Source of the DNA: Neophaeotheca triangularis
Taxonomy: Eukaryota
Direction: 5' to 3'
Assembly (NCBI GenBank): GCA_054600435.1
Contig: BAAIJX010000066.1
Span: 1-64,000, forward strand
Length of the DNA stretch: 64,000 nucleotides
Part shown: positions 37,201 through 48,145 of the stretch, in pieces
How positions within the stretch are numbered: position 1 is the stretch's first letter
Layout: each line of letters begins with the position of its first letter
The notes under the pieces: model-generated
What the model saw: only the letters and a program-made list of their open reading frames with translations
Told to the model about the DNA's origin: nothing
Database searches by the model: none
Position numbers and translations under genes: made by a program

Positions 37201-37830
37201 GGACGCAAGCGATCTTTGTCCGCCTGGTGCTTGGTCACCGCCGCCTCCGCCGCCTCCCGTCCTTTGCGCGATGATAGAAGCCAAAGCTGTGGCTGGGTTG
37301 TTAGAAGGGGGAGGCGGGTTGGTCATAGGGTTTGGAGAAGGCGCATCGCCAGGATCAGCCTCGTAATCCTCCTCTCCCGGTATAGGTGCTTGTGAGCGCG
37401 CTGGCATTGGCGGAGGAGCAAGCGTTCTAGCTGCAGGTGCCGAAGCAGTGTCTGGCAGCTTTTCTATATATATGGCAGGCGCAAACCCATATCGACCTTG
37501 AGAGCCAACGAGCGTCCAGTCAGGATCACTCTCATCGTACACCTGCAGACGCGCCTCCTCTTTAAAGCTCAGCTCTTCGTCGGTCTGCTGGGTGTAATCA
37601 TAGAGCGCCTTGGCTTGTCCCGTCGGCGTGGCCTCTTCGATATAGTTGTTCGGAATAAGACCCTCAGGCTCGTCTTCATCGTCGGTAGTAGCCTTCTTCT
37701 TCGCCTTCCACCAGTCGTCCTCGGTGCTCTTCTCGAGCACAAAGAGAAGGTCGCCATCCCGGATCTCCAGCTCCTCTTGCCCTTGCGGCTGGTAGTCGTA
37801 GATGGCGCGGTAGACGCCGAGGAAGACCAT
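34287..37830 (-). CDS. SLA1: Actin cytoskeleton-regulatory complex protein Sla1 (intron 34313..34388)
   Basis: Three SH3 domains (AIYDY..WWKA, ALYDY, MLYEF), SHD1 (LRTWTDRSGTFKVEAEF), SAM-like YDWFDFFLQCGV, QQTG/QPTG repeats, spliced end TPQNPFGF*. Confidence 0.95.
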
Positions 37831-39289
37831 GATTGTACACTTTGCTTCGACCGGACTCAGGCGCAAGAGACAGGCTCTGCGTACGGCATACAGGTTGGGG
37901 TTGGCGGTGCGGTGTTGGGTAGCGGAGATGGAATGCGGTTGGCCGTGCAGGTCCGGGGGTGGGTGGGCGCTGGCACGTGCACGGAGGGCGAGGCTCTCGC
38001 GGCGGGCGGAAACTTGTTTGGTAGGGAATGAATTGACTTTATTCAGAGAATGCTCGCCGTCACTGCTAATTAGACGGATGGGCAGTAGCGGGTGAAGGTG
38101 GTCAGGAATCGCAATGGGCCTGGTCGGTCGTCGTCACGGAGATGGAAACAAGGACGCTTCTTAGCCCAATCCCCTGCTCTTGGCGGGGCTTCGACTTCCC
38201 TAGGTGTTGGCTTTGCTTCCGCCCTCCTACCTTGACCTCACCTCATGGATTCTTCAAACAAAAGCAAATACACGGGGCTAGATAAAGATAATTTGGAAAT
38301 GTTCTTCCAGTAAAGAAGACTGTAGTATGTCCTATTTGAACGAAATCACGGCGCGAAACAACACTTGAACGCTCCCATAGAAATAGGTGGAAACAGCTCT
38401 AATTGAAGGCTCGATCGATTGATGTTGCTGCCGCTCAGCGCTCTATAGAAGTGCTCGTAATGAGGCATAGTACTAGCAGGAAACGACTTATACCGCTACA
38501 AGAACTACCCAATCCTTATTTAGATAACTCGCAAAAACCAAGTCTCCAGCCGTCTAGTACACAGATAATTCGAGCTCCGTCCCCTAGACAGGCCCCAGGA
38601 GCCCTTTTGAAAGTGTCTAAATCCCGCCGCGAATGGAAGTGGTTACATACGAGACAAAAAGAGCCAAGGCACACGCCGCGACAAATCGACCTTCTCGAGC
38701 GATTTGGCTCCAGACTCTTCTGATCTGACATGCCCTCCAGCACACCCACCACGACCAACTCCATCGCCCGTTCTAAAGTCCCAGGCTATAGTAGGAGGTA
38801 GCAGAAGCTACATTTTCCTAGCCCTGATACGGTGAGCCATCCCTCCCTTCTTTAGCAAGACTCACCGGGGACATATCTCAGACCTAAATGCGCCGCTTAT
38901 ACCCCCTTCCCGGCGCTCGACCGCTAGCGATTGTGCTGGATGCACACTTCGCGATGAGAGGGCGGGTGAATAGCACGGTGCCGACTTCCGTGTGGCCTAC
39001 GAATGTTCAGGGGACGTGTTCGCCGGGATGAGATTCCAGTGGTTTTTCACTTGAAAAAAAAAGCTGAGTACATTTATACATAGTAGGTATAAGTGAAGGA
39101 GAAGTGGGAAAGCCCATTGGTGGGCTAGCTGGTTGAAGATCGATTGATAAAGCCTCAAGACTGTCTTTGCGATGCTACGAATACAAAAAACTTCAACTCC
39201 TAACCGGGAAACCCACAAGGTATGCTGCACCCTAACGCCACCTGACCTATTCATACTTGAAAAACCACCACTCGAAAGCCTTCTTCACC

Positions 39290-41920
39290 TCACAATTCCA
39301 CAACGACCTCGCAATGCCAAAACGGCGCCCCGGCCATCATCATCGCCTCCTCCACGCACGCATCCTGGTACACTTCCGTCTTGCCTTCAACCGACCACTG
39401 CCAGCCATCATGAGCCGCGGGGTCGTCAAAAACCGTCATCTCGTACTTGGCGAGGGGGCATTTCTTGAGCTCATTGTGGAGGCCCTGCCCGTAGTGGTGC
39501 TGCAAATCTGGGTCCGTGGCCTTGTGGTGGTGGCGTTTGTGGAACGCCATTGCGTCCCAGTTGGCGCCTTTGATGATGAAGGTGTCGCTCTTGTCGAGCT
39601 GATTGATTTGGCACAGCTCGCGGGCTTCGGGGCCCGAGGGAGTGGGTGTTGCGCTGGCCGTGACGGTGAGTAAGGTTGTCGGCTTGGTTTTGGTGGTGGT
39701 GGGGCTGGGGCTGGGCATGTCCTTGCTGTTGTCGGTGTCGAGGGAGTTTTCTACGGCGTCTTTCCACTCTTGCCAGTACGGCGCGTTCTCGGGGTCGTTC
39801 ACCAGGTCGTCATACAAGGCGTATCTTTCGTAGTCGGGGGGAGAAGCAAGACCGCTATCGGGTCCTGGGGTAGGCATCGCCGGCGAGAGGGTCTGGGCGT
39901 CGATCCAAGCATCCACCGAGGAAGACATGTCGGGCTGGGGCTGGTAGGCATCCTTGAGTTCGTGCGCAGTGGTCTCCTGGTCGGACAGTTTGAGGTCGAG
40001 CTTGTGGGTAGCATCGTCGATCCAATCGTTGATGACTGCCTCTCGTTGGTACGGGAACGTTTGGGTGTCTTTTCTCGGCCCCGGCGTCGAGGGCAACTCA
40101 TACTCGCAGCCTTCTGGAGAGGAGCCGCACCAGTTTCTGACAGCCTCTCTCATGAACTGCTCGTGCTTCTCGGGGAGTTCACGCGTCAGCTCCTCCAGGT
40201 TGCGATCGGTAAATTTGCTAGGGTCGAGAGCCATTTGCTTGAAATTGAAGTAATCCTCTTCCTCGACACGGAGCTTGAGCTGTTGGTCGGGGCTGCTCTT
40301 GGGGGTATCGTACCAGGCCCCAGGGATCTTATTTGTGGCATCTTGCGCGTCCAACAATTTCTTCAATTGAGCCTGCGCGTGGGAGACCGCGACGTTTTGG
40401 ATTGCATTCTGGGGCGGTACATCAGGTGGTCCAGACTTTACGTCAGGCGCTGGAGCCTTGCCTTTGGGTTTAGCTCCCTTGCCTTTGGGTTTGGCTCCCT
40501 TGCCCTTGGGTTTAGCTCCGTTGACACCAGGCACCTCGACCGGGACGGGCTCCTCGACGGGGACAGGATCTACGACCGGGACGGGATCTACGACCGGGAC
40601 AGGATCTACGACAGGGACAGTTCCAGGCGCAACATTCTCTGCTCCGGGGAACGGTACTGGTGGTGCCGGTGGCTGCCAGAAGCCAGCCTCCGCAGGCGGG
40701 ATGGTGGGCTTCCAAAAGCCCGGCAGATTGCAAAACGCGCCGCATCCTGGGGTTTTCGAGAACAGGGTCTTGATCAACGGCGCCATATGCGTGGGATTGG
40801 TACGGCGGTAGAAGCGCATGACTCCCCAGATACCGGTGCCGATGACGGGCGGCGGGATGAGCGCGCCGAGCAGGATGTGCTTGAGCTTGTCGTGCTGGTC
40901 TTTCGTGACCTTGGCGTCTTCTGGAGGGTCTTCGGTTGTCGTTTGGACTTCACCGCGATGCTGTGGGTTGAAGGAGTCGTCGAGATCGGGGTAATGCTGG
41001 TGAAGGGTGGTAACTGGTTGGTACGAGGCAAATGTGGCAGTGCGGACGACGGTAGTCTCGCGAGTGTCCAAGGCAACTCTTTTGTTGAGGAGTTTGGCCG
41101 ATGTTACCATGTGGGTGATGGTCGTTATCACCGTCGTGTTGTGATCAAGCTCGTTGTACAACGGTTGAAGAGTCGTGGAGGGAGTGACACTACTCGTCTT
41201 AGTCGCAGTCTTATCAGCCTCGTCGAGGGCAGGTGCAGCAGTCTTGGAAGCTTTTTGATCCAGCTTGCCGCCTGCTGGTCTAGCAGTCTTGGAGTGATCA
41301 AGCCCGGCATCTTCCAAACTAGCGGTCTTGCTGGTCTCAAGCGCGGCAGCTCCGGATTTAGTAGACTGGGAGTGGCGGGTAGAACTCGATTTGGTCTTGC
41401 TTGGAACAAGCGTGTCGCCTACCAAGTCACTAGTAATCGAGCTAGCAATCGTGGCGCCACCAGTGGCCGTCGAGATCTTGTCAACACTCGCGGTCGCATT
41501 GTGCGACACTGCGCTGGATGTGATGGCGGTTGAAGTAGAGGTGGTGATGGGCGGAGTGACGGTACCGCTCGGGTGGACTGTGTTGCTAACGGTACTGCCG
41601 GTGTGGGCTGTGGCGCCATCGATCGAGGAGTTGACGTCGACGGACAAGGTATTGGCGGGAGAGCTAACGGTCGTTGAGGTGATCATGGACGAGAGGTCGG
41701 TAGGCTGTGTGCCCGGGGACGCGACACTGGTCGGAGAAGTGACGATGGGAAGGTACGTGACGATGGTGTTGGTGCCTCCGAAACCAAAGCTATCTTCCAC
41801 AGAGGCGAGGTCGGCATCGAGATAGGAAGCCGGGTCGGGAATGTAGAGAGCCTTCACGCTGGCGGCGAGTAGGTAGATACCAGCTGTGACATGGATCGCT
41901 TTGCGATTGAGTAACAACAT
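39290..41920 (-). CDS. Large secreted or membrane mucin-like protein with internal repeats and a His/Cys-rich C-terminal domain; paralog of 138..848
   Basis: Signal peptide (MLLLNRKAIHVTAGIYLLAASVKA), S/T-rich region, LNKR Kex2-like site, hydrophobic segment ILLGALIPPPVIGTGIWGVM, PVVDPV x3 and AKPKGK(G) x3 repeats, shared C-terminal domain. Confidence 0.8.
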   Translation of the reverse strand: MLLLNRKAIHVTAGIYLLAASVKALYIPDPASYLDADLASVEDSFGFGGTNTIVTYLPIVTSPTSVASPGTQPTDLSSMITSTTVSSPANTLSVDVNSSIDGATAHTGSTVSNTVHPSGTVTPPITTSTSTAITSSAVSHNATASVDKISTATGGATIASSITSDLVGDTLVPSKTKSSSTRHSQSTKSGAAALETSKTASLEDAGLDHSKTARPAGGKLDQKASKTAAPALDEADKTATKTSSVTPSTTLQPLYNELDHNTTVITTITHMVTSAKLLNKRVALDTRETTVVRTATFASYQPVTTLHQHYPDLDDSFNPQHRGEVQTTTEDPPEDAKVTKDQHDKLKHILLGALIPPPVIGTGIWGVMRFYRRTNPTHMAPLIKTLFSKTPGCGAFCNLPGFWKPTIPPAEAGFWQPPAPPVPFPGAENVAPGTVPVVDPVPVVDPVPVVDPVPVEEPVPVEVPGVNGAKPKGKGAKPKGKGAKPKGKAPAPDVKSGPPDVPPQNAIQNVAVSHAQAQLKKLLDAQDATNKIPGAWYDTPKSSPDQQLKLRVEEEDYFNFKQMALDPSKFTDRNLEELTRELPEKHEQFMREAVRNWCGSSPEGCEYELPSTPGPRKDTQTFPYQREAVINDWIDDATHKLDLKLSDQETTAHELKDAYQPQPDMSSSVDAWIDAQTLSPAMPTPGPDSGLASPPDYERYALYDDLVNDPENAPYWQEWKDAVENSLDTDNSKDMPSPSPTTTKTKPTTLLTVTASATPTPSGPEARELCQINQLDKSDTFIIKGANWDAMAFHKRHHHKATDPDLQHHYGQGLHNELKKCPLAKYEMTVFDDPAAHDGWQWSVEGKTEVYQDACVEEAMMMAGAPFWHCEVVVEL

Positions 41921-42388
41921 CTTGTTGACTGTGTTTGCGGCAGTGCTTGGCTGGAATATGGTGTGAATGTGGTTGAGTGGAAATGTACTTGAATGGAGTA
42001 TGATTCTTTCGTGGATTTGGTACGGGCAGAGGGGCATGAGAAGGGCGTAATGGCTGAGAGGAGCAGATAGAAAGGCTATATACCTACCTAGGTGCTGCTC
42101 AGTGTTCGAAGACATCACGATGTCCTCCCGACGAGCTGCCTATTCTTCGCACTCGCTAGTCAGCGCGATACTACGAGGTCGTGTAGGTAGCTAGTTGCTT
42201 GTAGATAGCTGAGGACATCTGCTGTCAGATTAGTAGGAGTGAACTTCAAAGCTTACCTATACGTTAAGTGCCACCGCCCTGGGACACCAGCGCGTGGTAG
42301 CTGAAGCCGGGACACGCCAAGCACTCCCGCGAACACCATGTACACATTACATACAATAGTCCCGCAAATTACGGCTCATCATACGCAC

Positions 42389-43570
42389 CTACTGCAGCGG
42401 GTTCTTCTCGTCCAGAATTCGCTTATTACCCTTAAGGCTGTCCGGCTGCCCGACCACAACACCCCTGTACAAAGCATCCCTAACTCCCCTGTTGATGCCA
42501 TCCTCCAGCTTGACGACCGGCCTGTAACCCAGCCTCCTCTTCGCCTTGTCGATCTTGAAGTATCTCGTCATGCAAGTGTATTGCGCTTGCTGCATGGTCA
42601 GGTTCGGCTTGCCCATCCTAAACAGCCAGAATATCCACTCCATCAGGAAACCAATGAACATTGCCACGTCTCGAGAAAGCACCCACACTTGCGCAGGGTC
42701 TGTTTTGTCGCCTGCTGCTGCCCAGCATAGGCGCGCAAAGTCGAAGAAGTAAACCGGGCTGTCGTTGGTAATGAGGAAGGCTTCACCGTCGACGCGCTCG
42801 TTGTCGAGCGGTGGGCCGGAGCCACTTGATTCGCGCTCGTGCGTTGCGATCAGCGCAGCCAGAGCTAGATGGTGTGCGTGGGCTACGTTTGTGATTTCGG
42901 TAAAGTCGAATAGGTTCTCGTTGTTGCCGATCTGGAACTTGGTCTGGCCTTTGTAGTAAGCCGACAAGCCGGGAGGGAGTAGTTGAACATCGCCCGGTCC
43001 GAACATGGCTGAAGGCCTGATGGCGGCTGTGAAGAACTTTGGGTGCGAGGCTGCGCGGTTGGCAGCCAGCACGTGAACTTCGGCTTGTGCTTTGGTGGTG
43101 GTGTAGTATTCCGGCTGCTCCTTGCCCATGATGAGGGGATACTCCTCGTCGGCGTTGATGAGATCGGTCTTTGTGTCGCTAATCACGCTCGCAGACGATG
43201 TGAAAACAAATGCCTTGACACCCGTCTCTTGAGACACCCGCACCATGTTCTTTGTCCCGTCTACGTTGACTGCGTACATGGCCTCCTTTGACTTCATTGT
43301 GTGGTTGGGCGAAGCAGTGTGTATGACAGCGTCGGGCTTGATCTTTTTGAACAGAGCCAATGTCGAGTCGTAGTCTGTGATGTCGCCAATCTCGTAGCTC
43401 GCGCCCTCGACAGGGGTTTGGGGCTGCTTCATGTCGAGCACGGTGAGTTTGGAGCAGGCCTTTCGCGAGGATAGCAGGGACACGATGTGGTGTCCAAGAA
43501 AGCCCGCGCCGCCCGTGACCACTACATGGCCTATCGTCTTCTCCGGCGCGACACCAATGTTTGTCGACAT
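42389..43570 (-). CDS. ERG26: Sterol-4-alpha-carboxylate 3-dehydrogenase (C-3 sterol dehydrogenase/decarboxylase)
   Basis: TGGAGFLG Rossmann motif, VIHTASP, FVFTSSASV, YTTTK catalytic YxxxK, KFQIGNNENLFDFT, GEAFLITN. Confidence 0.9.
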   Translation of the reverse strand: MSTNIGVAPEKTIGHVVVTGGAGFLGHHIVSLLSSRKACSKLTVLDMKQPQTPVEGASYEIGDITDYDSTLALFKKIKPDAVIHTASPNHTMKSKEAMYAVNVDGTKNMVRVSQETGVKAFVFTSSASVISDTKTDLINADEEYPLIMGKEQPEYYTTTKAQAEVHVLAANRAASHPKFFTAAIRPSAMFGPGDVQLLPPGLSAYYKGQTKFQIGNNENLFDFTEITNVAHAHHLALAALIATHERESSGSGPPLDNERVDGEAFLITNDSPVYFFDFARLCWAAAGDKTDPAQVWVLSRDVAMFIGFLMEWIFWLFRMGKPNLTMQQAQYTCMTRYFKIDKAKRRLGYRPVVKLEDGINRGVRDALYRGVVVGQPDSLKGNKRILDEKNPLQ

Positions 43571-44136
43571 GGCTTCAACGAGGCGATTGTTTGGGTGGAG
43601 GTGACGCAGATTTTCTCAGCCGGAAGGAATTGGTGTACTTATTGTTTTGCAATAACAACAGTAGCAAGGAAGAGACAGAGTGACAACTATGTAGACGGCA
43701 GGTAAGAGGACGATGAGGGTAAGGTGGTAAGGTAGTAGTGTAGGTAGTGTACCTATGTAGTCTGTATTATGTTGCCAAGGACTTCCAAGGTTGACATTTC
43801 CTCCTCATCTCGTCGCTTCCTCCGCGATCCCGGCGCCCGCTCCTCCCACCAATGCCAATGCCAATGCCAACCTTATGCCAGCCAGCGTCTGCACCCCACA
43901 TCAGACATGTCGCGTGCAAGTGCAAAGGCCTCGACTTTTGTTGCAGGGTCCTCCACGTGTGATTTGAACTGTGAACCTTGCAAGCTGCTGCCTGCTGCAC
44001 GTGCTGCTGCCTGAGTGAGTCTCTCTCCGACCTCATCCTTGGCAATCCTCCTCTCCACTTGACTTTACTTGCAATCTACTACACACTCACATCAACACCT
44101 TTTCCAAGTCAACACCAGCTGGTTTCGCCGCGAGAC

Positions 44137-45678
44137 ATGGCAATTCGCTTGTATGCAGAGTTGTTACGACACATCAAGACCATATCTGTGCAAGCTCAGC
44201 TGCATACAGAATCAAATCAAACTACCCAGGCAATCTTGTCAGCAGACGGGGGTAGCCTCACTGTGTCCCACGACGGGGAGATTGCCACCGTACCATTACC
44301 TACGCAGACATGCGGTCCAAGTGGAGCTAGTTTGAGCATACCGCCAGCACCCACCAAAGACCTCAGTTTCCGGATCCAGCTCGAGAATGAGAACGTCTCT
44401 GGCTCCCAACAGTCTGGTCAAGCTGACGGTCGACCGCTGGTTCCTTGGCTCGCACCTTCCCTGAGCGAAGCATGTGAAATTGCCTGCCAGGCCTGTCAAA
44501 CTGTCATTGTACCACGATGCACCATCATCACCTGGAAGGATTTACCATCTGAGGGCTGGGCCGAGATGATGGAGTTTTGGCATTGTCACAAACCCGACGA
44601 GCCGCATCAGTATCATCATGGTGACTCTGGAAAGGGATACGCGGCAGGCAGCGTGCTGAATGTCGAGCGAGGCGTCGGCTTGGTCGATGCACTGGAGTTG
44701 CTGCTCGAATCGAACGACTGTCGGAATCTGAACGTAGGTGTCCCTTCTGATCCCTGATCTCCGGAAACTGCATTTGTTTTTTTTTTCTCTTTTCTTCTCT
44801 TCATTCGTTAGGACCCAAAAGAACCGGCCTTCCTAGGCCTGATGGTCACCCTACGTGGGGAGGTCGGGATATGGCCGTCCAAAACCAAGCAGACGGATTG
44901 CTCAACCGACATCAACCTCACCACCAAGACGGTCGGTTCGGCAACGCAATCAAAGTCAACGTCTAGCGTTTCACTGTTGAGTCTAGGAGTTCAAAGGCTT
45001 GTCGGGATTTAAGCTAGATACATACACCACCGTCACACGCAATGACACTCACTTCTCATGTGCGATGCCATGCTGACAGCAACTCAGTCTGGCCCTCCCG
45101 CGGCATTTTCCGCTTCTGTGCCGCAATTACTCTTCTGCAATAAGTGTACTGCTGCTCTCGGGCTTGTAGATGTTTCTACCGGAGGCTACAAGCTGCGCAA
45201 ACCCCAGCTATCTGTATCAGCGCAACCAAATGCAGCGCATATCAGTTACAGTCTAGAGAAGTGGTTATCGGCCCGTGTACTCGCCGCGACAGAAAGTCAA
45301 GGCTGTCGCAAGTTCACCATCTACGATCCCTCACAGCCTACTAATGAAACCCTTAAGATCTGGGTCTTTGCTCTAGACATGAAGGTGTCATACTCGTCTC
45401 AAAATACCTCCACGAAAGGTGCTGAAAAACACGCTACACGAGCCGCCAAGATCTTCTACAGAAGATCGCCTCCAGAGGCCCGAAACCCAAATGGGGAGAC
45501 ATTGACAAGCGGCGCACTGTCTGAAAGCGAGATCGAGGTGGACTCAGGCGAATTTCGAGCCCTGACAAATGCATTGCAGGAAAGCACAGCCTTGCTACCT
45601 GAAAAGGCTAAACACTTCCCTCCAAACTGGACCATGGGCCTACTTCGCCGCTTCACCATTGACGACGTGCCGACTTGA
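44137..45678 (+). CDS. HECT-like ubiquitin-conjugating enzyme E2-binding protein (HECT_2; IPA1/UBE3D-like), intron 44734..45087
   Basis: LYAELLRHI start, CxxC pairs (CQAC, CNKC), WKDLPSEGWAEMMEFWHCHKP motif; the GTAGGT...CTGAC...CAG intron is in frame. Confidence 0.85.
44811..45025 (+). ncRNA. Intronic box H/ACA snoRNA, snR81-like
   Basis: 5' hairpin: GGAC/GTCC base, CCGGCCT/AGGTCGG upper stem, pocket AAAAGAA + GATAT, H box AAACCA at 44882. 3' hairpin closed by CTAGC/GCTAG, then ACA at 45020-45022. The pocket is complementary to fungal U2 GUAUC-UG-UUCUUUU. Confidence 0.72.
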
Positions 45679-45739
45679 GAAGACTCGATAGGGAAAACAT
45701 ATACCTCAAGAGCCATTATATGTTTGCGATGTATCCACC

Positions 45740-48145
45740 CTACATTGGACCACCGCCGCTCATGGCGACACCAATGACATCAGCAGTCGCGATCCAATCT
45801 CTACGTCTGGTCCGTCTCTCACTACAAGAGAGTCTCGCCTCCTGAGCAGCGCGGCCGGCTCGTATGGTTAGCATCTCTGCTGAGTGGTCATCTATCCCAG
45901 CTTCGCTAGGATCCGGCAGCGTTCCCATTTCCGTGTTCTTTTTCGGCCCTTTGTTTCGGTCCTTTGCGAACTGGAGCAGAGATGCCCAATGGCCTTGCTT
46001 TTGAGTCTGCTCGTTGGTGGAATCGGTGCCGATGCGGTTATTGAATGCTTTGGAGAATTCTTTATCAAGACGCGCCGGCCAGAATCGACCTCGAGCGGCT
46101 GCGGTGTTCAAGGCGTCTTCTAAAATCAGTGGTTGATTGTCCCGCTGTGGACGTTGTGACCGCCACGACCCATGAGTCGACGCCCTGCTGCGAGCGGTGC
46201 CAGGCCGATCCATACGAGATGTTGCTGTCGCGAAAGATGATCTCCCATCTTCCCCGTCGTCAGCACGTGTCTCTCGATGGAAACTTTGACGAGGCGCCAA
46301 CGGTCCCTCATCCTCGGCCCCAGCAGTGACCTGAACGGACTTCCTCACTGGTATCGGGGTTTCATCAGCAACCGATTCGCCAGTTAGCGCCCTCTGCTCT
46401 GTCCTCTCCGCACGTTCCACCATTCCCTCCTCCACGTCCGCCAGTCCTGCCGCTGCTCTGATATCGACCAATCTACGCGTATCTCCTTCACTCCTTCTTG
46501 GAAGCCCGGCCGCAGCGTGGCTCTCCACCAGTCGCTGCGTATCCCCTTCGCTCCTCCCCGCCCGTCCGGTCGTTGCTCTAAGTTCTGCCAACCGCTCCTT
46601 CTCCTCTTCGGTCCTCAAGGGCCAGGGGTCCCAACCCTCACGAGCAATGATTCTCGCCCGCGTCTCTAGCCAGCTTTCCGAAAGAGGAGGACCGACATAC
46701 CCTCTTTGTTGAAGATCCTCAAGCTCTTGCGAACCTTCCGTCGCTCCTCTTAGGCTAAAGAACGGGCCGTCTTCCTCAGAGTCCAGCTGCTCAGCGCTTT
46801 CGTACCCCGAGTCCTTTCGTATCCAAGCTGCGGCATGTTTCTTGGCCGCAACAGCAGCCGCAGCGACACTGTCCACGGTCGAAGACAGACGGCGTGAGAA
46901 TCGTCGTGTGGCTATGCTGATGCTTTGGCGATGTTCGATGCTTTCCTTGCGCTGCTTTGGAGCGGAACTCTTACGACGCGGCCCCGCTAGATTTGAAAGG
47001 CGATCAAAAATACCGGGGGCTCCCCTGGTGTCTTCTGCCAGCTGAGGGATGTGGTCCCTCGGTGCTCTGTGTAAAGGCGCAAGACCGTCCATAATGACGA
47101 ATCGTAGGGCTTCATCGTATGAAAGCTCGGAGGAGTGTGCCGACAACCTTCTTGATCCATTGCGTGGCGCTGAGAGAGCTTCTTCAGGACCGAGATCGCA
47201 GTGTCCCCGCAGCTCGTCATCCTCCGCAAGCTGCTCGCGAACCATATCAATAACACCAATAGTACTCCTGCGATCAAACTCAACCTCATCACCATTCATG
47301 CGCCTGGCCTCCTCCTCAATAACCTCCGGAGCGACCTCAACAACCCCAACAGAAGGACTCAAATCCCTCCTAGGCTGTCGACGAAAAGATCCCAAAACCG
47401 CACGTTCAATACTCGCACGAGTCGCCTGCTCATACACAGCCGCCTCCTCCTCTCCATCCAGATCCTCCTCGTCCTCCTCGTCCTCACCCTCCTCCTCCAA
47501 CCCCTCGAGCCCTAATCCCCAGCCCCATGTCCTAGGACCCCTTTCCCCTTCGCAGTAGAAACTGGTCTCACTCGACATATCGTCTTCCGAGTCTTCCGAA
47601 TCGTGATAGTCCAAGACCTCCCCATCCTCGTCAGTGTCGTCCTCGGTATAGCCCAATAACTTCGCATCGACCGAAACACGGGAAACAGCTCTCGACAGCG
47701 GCTGGAAGTTCTGCGCCGAGCTACCCGTGCCAAAAATAGCCGGAGCATGATAAAACCTCGACACACCGTGCCGAGCAGCACTCTGCGTCGTCGGACCAAC
47801 CTGCTCCCGCCCCACATCATTCTCCGGCCCAAAGACCTCCTCCCCCGGCTCGCCCTCGTGAGCAACCATCCTAGCCGACAACACTGCATCCGGGTTGTCG
47901 CTTCCTCGCATCGTCGACGAAATAGCAGACTCGACCAAACCCGGCACCGACGCTCCGGTGCTCTCGTCGATGGCAGTGGAAACCGGCACGCCCGTCACCG
48001 GGTGCCGCTGCAGGACAGACAGGTAATCGCGCATTCGTGCTTCCTCGGTGCTCAGACTACGGGACCGGACGGCATTGGGAACAGGCACGGGGATCGGGGT
48101 TGAAGAAGCCGGCATTTTGCGAAAGAAGAGAGAACTGGGATTCAT
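45740..48145 (-). CDS. Hypothetical, largely disordered acidic/Arg-Ser-rich protein (start uncertain)
   Basis: About 800-aa uninterrupted ORF; internal repeat RSEGDT(Q/R)RLV..AAAGL x2; no known domain recognised. Confidence 0.7.
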   Translation of the reverse strand: MNPSSLFFRKMPASSTPIPVPVPNAVRSRSLSTEEARMRDYLSVLQRHPVTGVPVSTAIDESTGASVPGLVESAISSTMRGSDNPDAVLSARMVAHEGEPGEEVFGPENDVGREQVGPTTQSAARHGVSRFYHAPAIFGTGSSAQNFQPLSRAVSRVSVDAKLLGYTEDDTDEDGEVLDYHDSEDSEDDMSSETSFYCEGERGPRTWGWGLGLEGLEEEGEDEEDEEDLDGEEEAAVYEQATRASIERAVLGSFRRQPRRDLSPSVGVVEVAPEVIEEEARRMNGDEVEFDRRSTIGVIDMVREQLAEDDELRGHCDLGPEEALSAPRNGSRRLSAHSSELSYDEALRFVIMDGLAPLHRAPRDHIPQLAEDTRGAPGIFDRLSNLAGPRRKSSAPKQRKESIEHRQSISIATRRFSRRLSSTVDSVAAAAVAAKKHAAAWIRKDSGYESAEQLDSEEDGPFFSLRGATEGSQELEDLQQRGYVGPPLSESWLETRARIIAREGWDPWPLRTEEEKERLAELRATTGRAGRSEGDTQRLVESHAAAGLPRRSEGDTRRLVDIRAAAGLADVEEGMVERAERTEQRALTGESVADETPIPVRKSVQVTAGAEDEGPLAPRQSFHRETRADDGEDGRSSFATATSRMDRPGTARSRASTHGSWRSQRPQRDNQPLILEDALNTAAARGRFWPARLDKEFSKAFNNRIGTDSTNEQTQKQGHWASLLQFAKDRNKGPKKNTEMGTLPDPSEAGIDDHSAEMLTIRAGRAAQEARLSCSERRTRRRDWIATADVIGVAMSGGGPM

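Noticed and set aside
40471..40620. 18-bp and 21-bp tandem repeats resembling an array
   Set aside because: In-frame coding repeats (PVVDPV, AKPKGKG) with no spacers; not CRISPR
39770..41533. 587-aa plus-strand ORF
   Set aside because: Antisense to the mucin-like gene; no protein-like features
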